Shown here: one piece after another, positions 56,106-64,000 of the stretch
Layout: every line of letters starts with the position of its first letter
Numbering within the stretch: position 1 is the stretch's first letter
Origin: Chrysomallon squamiferum
Lineage: Eukaryota > Animalia > Mollusca
Direction: 5' to 3'
NCBI GenBank assembly: GCA_012295275.1
Contig: CM022676.1
Coordinates: 1,674,001-1,738,000, forward strand
Length of the DNA: 64,000 bases
Notes under the pieces: model-generated
Seen by the model: only the letters and a program-made list of their open reading frames with translations
What the model was told of the DNA's origin: nothing
Databases searched by the model: none
Program-made: the position numbers and the translations under genes

Positions 56106-59100
56106 ATGCCTCAGTTTAAGTCTGAACACAAAATTGTTAAAAAATGTAATTCAGAGACATCTTACCTTAAATCTGATCAGAAAAAAAAAGGGAACTTTAC
56201 TTCTTCCAAAAATACAAAATGTGTACAGACAGAAGAAGAACTATTAGAACCATCTGTCTATATTCACTCAGCAGAATGCTTGTCTCACACTAACAGAAAA
56301 CAAATGAGAGATAAAGAAACAAATAACCTGAAGTTACTGGCAGACCTATCTGAGGCTCAAAAACCCAGGAAAATGAGACCATCCCACACTAACAGAAAAC
56401 AAATGAGAGATAAAGAAACAAATAACCTGAAGTTACTGGCAGACCTATCTGAGGCTCAAAAACCCAGGAAAATGAGACCATCTCACACTAACAGAAAACA
56501 AATGACAGATAAAGAAACAAATAACCTGAAGTTACTGGCAGACCTATCTGAGGCTCAAAAACCCAGGAAAATGAGACCATCCCACACTAACAGAAAACAA
56601 ATGAGAGATAAAGAAACAAATAACCTGAAGTTACTGGCTGACTTATCTGAGGCTCAAAAACCCAGGAAAATGAGACCGAAGCGCAAAGTTAAAACACCTG
56701 CTCGATATGAAAAAGACTATATTATAAAAAACACTAAAGTTATCTATCATGAGGACATCACTACAGAAAAATCCAGTGTATTACAATCTTCTAAAATACC
56801 TGTTAAACAAAAGAAAATGGATGGCGAAGTTTCTGTGCAAGAAACTGTCACAGAAAACATTGTAAACACAAGAAAAGTTTGTCTATCTTTTAACTTGAAA
56901 CTGAATTTCAAAGATAACAAAATAAGAGTGAAGCAGAAAAGAGAATCTCTTAAGTTAAATGATAAAGATTCTTTAACAAAACCTAAAATAAATAAACCAG
57001 AACTTGTCTTGCCAGAACATATTAATAAGAAACATCCTGCTGTGCCTCCAGAAAATGTTTCTGATGTAAAAATTCAGACATTACAGATATCTTCCAAAAG
57101 ATCAAGTGATTTATTAGACATAAAGCAAAATAAAGACACAAAACGTGCAAAATGTCTACAATCTAACAAACAAACAAAACTTACAAGTGCTTATATTGTA
57201 CAGTTTCAAGATAAAACTTTTCTTGTCAATACACCAGTTTGTCATGGGGAGATAACTCCAGACAAAGTTGTTAAAGAACTTCGGTCATGTATGACAAGAA
57301 AGTCTAGAGATGTCAAAGAAGTTGTAATCAAAGAAATAAAACAAGCTGAAAAACCATCAATGTCTGGTATTGAGGCAATTCTCAAAGCTTCTGAATTGAT
57401 TTCTACTGACAGGACACCTGCAGAATCAGGACATGAAGGAGAATGTTTCATAACATATCCTGTAAATTCAGCAAAGTCTGTGTCCTATAAAACAGTCAGG
57501 ATGTCAAGCCTGGATTCACAATTCATTTCTACAACTTTAAACAAATTTCATCAAAGCAGATCTCAGAATAATGAGGTCAACACTGCAGAGTGCAGGTATG
57601 ATTTACCTTCTGCCAGACCTAAAATAACAGCTTCAGAATCAATAAGTATGAAACATGAAACCACAGATATAAATATTTCTTCAAAATCTGAGTTGAATAA
57701 TTCAAGTGATAGTTCTGTTAAGAAAAATACACCTCCAGAATCACAAGTTTGTTCTAACCAACAAGAAAAATCACCAATGCAAGTCCCTGACCCTCAGAAT
57801 TGGAAGCAGTTTGCTGTTGCCAAGTATCTTTGTGAGAAATGTGGAAAAGAGTTTTGTTCTGGAAAGAAACTGAATTCACATATTACAAATGCACACAAAA
57901 TGAAGCAAGTACAGCTGTACAGATGTACCATGTGCGATCAACATTTTTCTACATCACCTCAACTCAAACACCATAAACTCCTTGCTCACAAAATAAGTCA
58001 GGAATTGTTGAAGCCATCTAGAGAACAAGTACCTGAAGAAAGAACTACATTGCCATATGTTAAACTGAATGTAACAAAACCTGTAAAAACTGAGAGGTGT
58101 AGTATATGTAAAGTGATGTTCCGGAGCTCTATTGACCTAGAAGATCACATGATAAGTTGTCATAGCAACAAAGTTGTGTTTTCTGATCTCATTGTCTGTG
58201 AACCGTGTGATGAAGCTTTCATGCTGGTTAGAGATTATCTTGTACATAAACAAGATGTTCATAACTGCCATCCTAACTTGTCCAGAATTGGACCTGGTCG
58301 CACTAAGTCAGCTAGGCAAGAAATACAGACTGATGTCAATAGGGAAAACAGAAGTCAGATAACTGAAAGTAACGAGAAAAAAAATTGTGTCATTAGGAAG
58401 CTGGTGAATAATGGACTGTCAAAAGCAGAATTAGGTAAAGATTTTACAAAAACTTTTCAATTTGCAGATACTACTGAAACTGATATTATTACAAAGCTTA
58501 ATTGTGACAAAACATGTTTAGAAAGCAGTGTCGTTTCTAAAACCAACATGAATATTCCAGAAGGTCAATGCAGTTACTCCAGTCAGGTACCTGAAAGCGG
58601 AGAAGAACAAAGGGTTCAGAATGAAGATGATGTAAAACTGTTTTACTGTGATGTATGTTATAAACATGTAAGAAATCTTCACACACATATTCTCATGCAT
58701 ACTGGAGAAAAACCTTTTAAATGTACAAAGTGTCGAGCAGCTTTCAGTTCCAGTGTTTGTTTAAAGATTCATCTCAAACTACACTACAAACAATACATCA
58801 TATGCGTATGTCACAAGTGTGGCAAGAAGTTAAAACAAGAAGCAGATTTTGACAGTCATGTCAGTAACTGTCATCAAACAATTAAACTAGATAGAAACCA
58901 TAATGGAAAACGAACATCATTAAACAGTAATGAGAATAGCTTATCATGTGATGTGATGGGTGAGAGCACAGATATGTGTTTAAGTAAGAAGAGGGCAGAG
59001 ATTGTGGATGTTTCAGCTGATCACTCATATGGCAGCACTAACCAATCTCTTGACTGTTCATTCTACAGGTGTAAGATTTGTGGCAAAGTGGGAAGCAATC

Positions 59101-61445
59101 TCAGAGCTCATATGCTTGCTCATGCTTCAGAGGCTACACACAGATGTCTGAAATGTAAGAAAAGCTTTAATAGTGACAGAGCATTCAAGAGTCACATGAT
59201 GTCACACAACAGTTCATCATTACACCAATGTAACTATTGTGACAAGAAGTACTTGTACAAACAGAGTCTACAGCGTCATCTTGTACAGCACACAGGTGTC
59301 TTTCCTCACAAATGTTTTGTGTGTCAGAAAGGTTTCATCTATCCTAAAGATCTGTACAGTCACATCAGCACTCATGCAGGATATGAATCATGGAAACCAG
59401 ACGTGGTTGATAAGTATGACAACTCAAACATCAGTAAAATTATCTGTGGAACTGAATTGGTAGAGCTGGCTGATGGTTTGTATAGATGTCCAAAGTGTTC
59501 TTTAAATTTTTCAGATGTTAGAACTTTGTCTAAACATTTGATTTATAAGTGTAATATATGTGGGAAAGTAAGCAAAAAGAGTAGAAGTATTTTTGAACAC
59601 ATGAAAATTCATTCTGATGGACCGTACATTTGTTCAGTGTGTTCATTAACCTTCCAGACTTACCTGGACATGAAGTCTCACAGAAAAAGTCATTTCCGAG
59701 GAGTACACAAATGTCCTCATTGTTTGAAATGTTATCCTTTCAAGAGCCGTCTGTCCAAGCATCTTCTATCTCACAGTGAGGTGCGTCTGTTCCACTGTGA
59801 CATCTGCCAAAGGTCATACAGGTACAAGGGTGACCTGGTGAAACACCAAGCGGTCCACCATGCAAAGGACAAACCATTCAAATGTGATCTTTGTAAAAAA
59901 TCATTTCACACGAGATCACTTCTGAAGTCACATGAACAATGGGTTCATCAACCAGAAAATGACCATTCTAAAATGTTTGTATGTGACACGTGTGGAAAAC
60001 AATGTCCAAACTTTTCCATTCTTAAAGTTCATGTTAGAACTCACAGCCTTGAGAAACCATTTGTCTGTGAAATCTGTGAAAAACAGTTTCGTACCAAAAC
60101 CAATATGTATCAGCATATGAAAGTTCATAGTGACAAGCGACCATACAAATGTTTGTTGTGTGGCAAAGACTACAAATCTTCTAATGCTCTAAATTTACAT
60201 CATCAAACTCACACTGGAGTCAAACCTTTTTCTTGTAAGATTTGTGGGAAGAAATTTCTGGAAAAGAACAAGTTAAAAATTCACATGAGAAGTCATACTG
60301 GAGAAAAAGAGTTTAAGTGTTCTGTGTGTGACAAGAGATTTGCCTACAAGTCACTTCTTACCAACCATGAAGTTGTTCACACAGGAGAGAGAAAATATAC
60401 CTGTAAAGTTTGTAATCGTTCATTCACACAACAAGCTAATTTGAGAGTTCATTGCAGAATTCATACAGGAGAATTACCATACTCTTGCAAGATGTGTAGC
60501 AAACGGTTTAGAACATCAAATAGACTGGCAGACCATGTCCGAACTCACACTGGAGAACATCCATTCAGCTGTGATGTTTGTCCTCAAGTATTTATGTTTA
60601 AAAAACAGCTACACAGTCATATTAGAAGCCATGGTAACAAGAGTCCATACAAGTGTGCAAAATGTAGAAAGATATTCACTCTGGAGGCAAATTTAGATAA
60701 CCATTATGAGATTCACTTAAAAGAAGAACAGATTGCTAGGAATGTGTTAAAAGCTGAACAGCAGGACAACACTCATTTCAAGACACAATTTGAACCCAGT
60801 GTTGTTAATGATGATACAATTCATTGCTCAGACTTTCCATATTCATGTAATATTTGTGAGTACAGATTTGAAACTGTTAGTGAGCTGAAATCACACAAAA
60901 CATCTCACTTGATGAAACCATTTCAGTGTGCTGTGTGTAGTGAGACATTCTGCAGTCCTGAACTTCTTTCTGCTCACCTTGTCAACCATGTAGACATCGA
61001 TAACTGCTTTGACACCCATGACAGTCAGAATTTTCAGTTATGTGATGTTTCAGCTTCTAGTGATGTTCAAAACTTTTCAAATTCAGACAGTGTTCATTGT
61101 CCTGGTTATGATCAGGAGGAGATTGTTCAGTTTGAAATAAATGATGATTCTGGTGGAGTCAGCTCTGTGACCCAGCAAACAACTGTTAATGAATCTGCAC
61201 CTGTAGTTGTGTTGGAGTACAGAGATACTGGAACACTGGCTGATACTAATTACACAAATGAGGGTATAACCAGTGTTGAAAAAACAGAGGAGCCGGTTAT
61301 AATAGAACAGTGTTTGGAACCAACTGATCAGTGTCCTTATATCACCATTCAAGTTCCTTCAGACTACAACCAAAACATCACAGAGCTTATTTCACAGGCT
61401 TCAGATTATCTAGATATACTAACACAATCTGAAGTCACTATTTAA
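56106..61445 (+). CDS. Multi-C2H2 (Kruppel-type) zinc-finger protein, 1779 aa, intronless CDS
   Basis: Uninterrupted 5.3-kb ORF. About 28 CxxC...HxxxH fingers counted by eye, including a tandem block with TGEKPF/TGERKY/TGELPY/TGEHPF-type linkers. Lys-rich N-terminus and acidic C-terminal tail. An in-frame TAG at 56034 upstream supports ATG 56106 as the start. No specific orthologue recognised. Confidence 0.96.
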   Translation: MPQFKSEHKIVKKCNSETSYLKSDQKKKGNFTSSKNTKCVQTEEELLEPSVYIHSAECLSHTNRKQMRDKETNNLKLLADLSEAQKPRKMRPSHTNRKQMRDKETNNLKLLADLSEAQKPRKMRPSHTNRKQMTDKETNNLKLLADLSEAQKPRKMRPSHTNRKQMRDKETNNLKLLADLSEAQKPRKMRPKRKVKTPARYEKDYIIKNTKVIYHEDITTEKSSVLQSSKIPVKQKKMDGEVSVQETVTENIVNTRKVCLSFNLKLNFKDNKIRVKQKRESLKLNDKDSLTKPKINKPELVLPEHINKKHPAVPPENVSDVKIQTLQISSKRSSDLLDIKQNKDTKRAKCLQSNKQTKLTSAYIVQFQDKTFLVNTPVCHGEITPDKVVKELRSCMTRKSRDVKEVVIKEIKQAEKPSMSGIEAILKASELISTDRTPAESGHEGECFITYPVNSAKSVSYKTVRMSSLDSQFISTTLNKFHQSRSQNNEVNTAECRYDLPSARPKITASESISMKHETTDINISSKSELNNSSDSSVKKNTPPESQVCSNQQEKSPMQVPDPQNWKQFAVAKYLCEKCGKEFCSGKKLNSHITNAHKMKQVQLYRCTMCDQHFSTSPQLKHHKLLAHKISQELLKPSREQVPEERTTLPYVKLNVTKPVKTERCSICKVMFRSSIDLEDHMISCHSNKVVFSDLIVCEPCDEAFMLVRDYLVHKQDVHNCHPNLSRIGPGRTKSARQEIQTDVNRENRSQITESNEKKNCVIRKLVNNGLSKAELGKDFTKTFQFADTTETDIITKLNCDKTCLESSVVSKTNMNIPEGQCSYSSQVPESGEEQRVQNEDDVKLFYCDVCYKHVRNLHTHILMHTGEKPFKCTKCRAAFSSSVCLKIHLKLHYKQYIICVCHKCGKKLKQEADFDSHVSNCHQTIKLDRNHNGKRTSLNSNENSLSCDVMGESTDMCLSKKRAEIVDVSADHSYGSTNQSLDCSFYRCKICGKVGSNLRAHMLAHASEATHRCLKCKKSFNSDRAFKSHMMSHNSSSLHQCNYCDKKYLYKQSLQRHLVQHTGVFPHKCFVCQKGFIYPKDLYSHISTHAGYESWKPDVVDKYDNSNISKIICGTELVELADGLYRCPKCSLNFSDVRTLSKHLIYKCNICGKVSKKSRSIFEHMKIHSDGPYICSVCSLTFQTYLDMKSHRKSHFRGVHKCPHCLKCYPFKSRLSKHLLSHSEVRLFHCDICQRSYRYKGDLVKHQAVHHAKDKPFKCDLCKKSFHTRSLLKSHEQWVHQPENDHSKMFVCDTCGKQCPNFSILKVHVRTHSLEKPFVCEICEKQFRTKTNMYQHMKVHSDKRPYKCLLCGKDYKSSNALNLHHQTHTGVKPFSCKICGKKFLEKNKLKIHMRSHTGEKEFKCSVCDKRFAYKSLLTNHEVVHTGERKYTCKVCNRSFTQQANLRVHCRIHTGELPYSCKMCSKRFRTSNRLADHVRTHTGEHPFSCDVCPQVFMFKKQLHSHIRSHGNKSPYKCAKCRKIFTLEANLDNHYEIHLKEEQIARNVLKAEQQDNTHFKTQFEPSVVNDDTIHCSDFPYSCNICEYRFETVSELKSHKTSHLMKPFQCAVCSETFCSPELLSAHLVNHVDIDNCFDTHDSQNFQLCDVSASSDVQNFSNSDSVHCPGYDQEEIVQFEINDDSGGVSSVTQQTTVNESAPVVVLEYRDTGTLADTNYTNEGITSVEKTEEPVIIEQCLEPTDQCPYITIQVPSDYNQNITELISQASDYLDILTQSEVTI
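56283..56678 (+). repeat. Coding tandem repeat, 4 x 99 bp (33 aa SHTNRKQMRDKETNNLKLLADLSEAQKPRKMRP)
   Basis: Four nearly identical in-frame units visible in both DNA and translation. Confidence 0.97.
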
Positions 61446-61686
61446 ATATTTTTATAACAATCTCAAATTTGTATTTAGTAAAATAGAGCAAAATAGTAAT
61501 GTACTTGCTTAATTATTTCTTAATTAGTTATTGAATATACTTGAAAATTGACGTCACCCTCCGTTCAGCCAATTGGCTGGAAAATAAACTGGGAAATATT
61601 ACAACATTCTTGGATCTACTGAAACATGTGAAGACAATTTTGGATGCTTCACTTATCCGGAATGGGTCTGAATATACATATAGATA

Positions 61687-61876
61687 TACATTTTCCATTA
61701 TAAAACAAAAATATTTGGCCATATTTCTGTACTACAGTTGACTCCCCAATTTAATGTGCTAAATGAAAAAAAAAAATATATATAAAAAAAAAAAATAATA
61801 ATAATAAATAATAGATAAATAAAAATGTGTGTGTATATATATATATATATATATAATAAATGATAAATAAAAATGT

Positions 61877-61926
<50 letters not shown>

Positions 61927-62393
61927 ATATATACACACACACATTTTTATTTATCTATTTGGCTGTATTTCTGTACTACAGTTGACTCCCCAATTTAATG
62001 TGCTAAATGAAAAAAAAAAAAAAATAATAATAATAAATAATAGATAAATAAAAATATGTGTGTGTATATATGTATATATATCTATTATTTATTATTATAT
62101 ACACACATGTATGTGTGTATATATGTGTATATATATATATTTACATCCATTCAGCTGTGTATATATTATATAATAATAATAATAATAATAATAAATAATA
62201 GATCAATAAAAATATGTGTGTATATAAATATATATATATATATATATTTACACATATATACACACACATATTTTTATTTATTATTATTATTATTATTTTT
62301 ATTTTTATTTTTTCATTTAGCACATTAAATTTGGAATGTCAGCTGTAGTACAGAAATATGGCCAAATATTTTTGTTTTATAATGGAAAATGTA
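61687..62393. repeat. Long inverted repeat downstream of the zinc-finger stop, with an extra direct partial copy
   Basis: TACATTTTCCATTATAAAACAAAAATATTTGGCCATATTTCTGTACTACAG...GTGCTAAATGAAAA (61687-61770) is reverse-complemented at 62310-62393. A partial direct copy lies at ~61956-62015. The arms continue through matching low-complexity tracts. Confidence 0.9.
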
Positions 62394-62740
62394 CCATACA
62401 ACAGTTGTTTATCAAGATATTATCATTTTGATGGATTAAGGATTAAAATGATATATACATTATCAGTATTTTTTGCTGCTACTAGGAGTCTCTAGTTAGA
62501 ACTGGAAATAATGCTTAGAAGACTGAGGAGGACTAAACAGTTTATTATATTTGTATGTGGAAAGCTATTTTACTATTACGGTGCTTGTATGCTTTATTAA
62601 TTAATGATATGGAAGAAAAGAACAAAAACAAAAAAATACATTCCACAATGCAACAAACTAAATTGTAGCCATTACTTTAAAAACATTTTTCATTTTGATA
62701 ATGTTTTAAATGAAAATAAATATGTGTGTGTGTATGAGAA

Positions 62741-62795
<55 letters not shown>

Positions 62796-64000
62796 GGTTA
62801 TTGAATATAAACACATAAAAAACAGTAAACATGTATGTTTGTGAGTGAATATATGCTTGTATATGTGTAAATTTATTAACTGATTTATAAATAATTAAAA
62901 AAATAAAATATAGTTATTTGTTAACATTATATTGGTTGCATGTGAATGAAAAGAGCAAACTTTTCTTAAGTGATAATAAATTTCAGGAACAATTTAGTTT
63001 TTCAGTACGACACATTTGGTGATATTTTATCTGTCTTCTTTCTGAAATTACAATATAGTTTCAAATGCAGTTTGGTTTTTGTTCAACTTCTTTCATGTAA
63101 GTTAACAAACTCAATTATAAAACAGGAAGAGTACTCTTTTAGAAATACTGTTAAGTTGTTTATTGTGCTTGGTTTTCAAAATGCATGTTAAGAATGTCAG
63201 TAACTGGAAAATAGTGGTATCTATTTTGTTTCTTTGCATTTCCATAATGATTCATGTGTTACAGCAGTGTTTACTTTTTAACATGGTGACATCACTTTTT
63301 CTTATATCTGGTGAATAAATTCTGATGTGGCAGTAACTGCTGAATAGTATAAAGCTATTCTGATTTATTGTTAAATATATCTTTTTAATTTTTAATTTTT
63401 TTATTTAACTATAGAGCTTTTAAAAATATATTATTTTTTTAGAATACCTTTTTGATTATTATTATCATTATTTTTTTTTTTTTTACTTTTTTGTATGAAG
63501 TATATTAAACAAAATCATAATGATGATAGTAATAAAAATACAGGTATGAGATGTCAGAATATTTATTTTTGCTTCTTTCTTTATTTTACTCCATTTTGTT
63601 ATTTAAAAAAAAAAATTATTCTTAGTTTTAAAACAAGTAATAAAAGAATTGCAGCCGATAGCAGTCTTATAACCGGTCAGTTGTATGTTACATAACTGGA
63701 TTAAAAATGTGTCATGTAATTTTATAATAAAGTGGTTGAAGAGTATTTAAAACTTTCTCAGTTTTGGAATAAATATTATAAATTTGTGAAATCATTGACA
63801 ATTGATTTTTTAGGTTCATTACAATTTAAACATAAATAAACTACTTATGTCAAATTATAAGGATTTTTTTTTTATTGTTGTCTCTAAATCATAGAATGTA
63901 TTCATCTAAATGTAAAAAAATAATAATAATAAAAAAATTACAATTACAACTTTTGTCATGACAAAATTAACATTTCATTCTGTTACAAAATAATAATGCT

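Noticed and set aside
57242-61352. Short ORFs overlapping the ZNF CDS on other frames or the opposite strand
   Set aside because: Shadow ORFs of the long coding sequence with no independent support.

Overview
AT-rich, microsatellite-laden eukaryotic (invertebrate animal) genomic DNA. Relics of a SINE I recall from gastropods suggest a mollusc, but that is an inference. The only clear protein-coding gene is a + strand poly-C2H2 zinc-finger gene. Its CDS is intronless (56106-61445, 1779 aa, about 28 fingers), it has a 4x99-bp coding repeat, a probable 5'UTR exon with a spliced uORF, and a long inverted repeat just downstream of the stop. Positions 1-52400 are strongly CpG-depleted and look like the intron-rich 5' part of a large minus-strand gene that starts at a CpG-retaining promoter near 52.4-53.2 kb, head-to-head with the zinc-finger gene. 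That gene has several candidate alternative non-coding first exons, and its coding exons are not identifiable here. This region also holds a TIR/TSD-bounded Mutator-like element with a nested pogo/Tigger relic, two decayed MULE transposase fragments of one family, SINE relics and many minisatellites. No rRNA, tRNA, CRISPR or prokaryotic features were seen. Almost all short ORFs in the track are low-complexity artefacts. I found no evidence strong enough to claim a wholly new biological system; the best leads are listed as findings.
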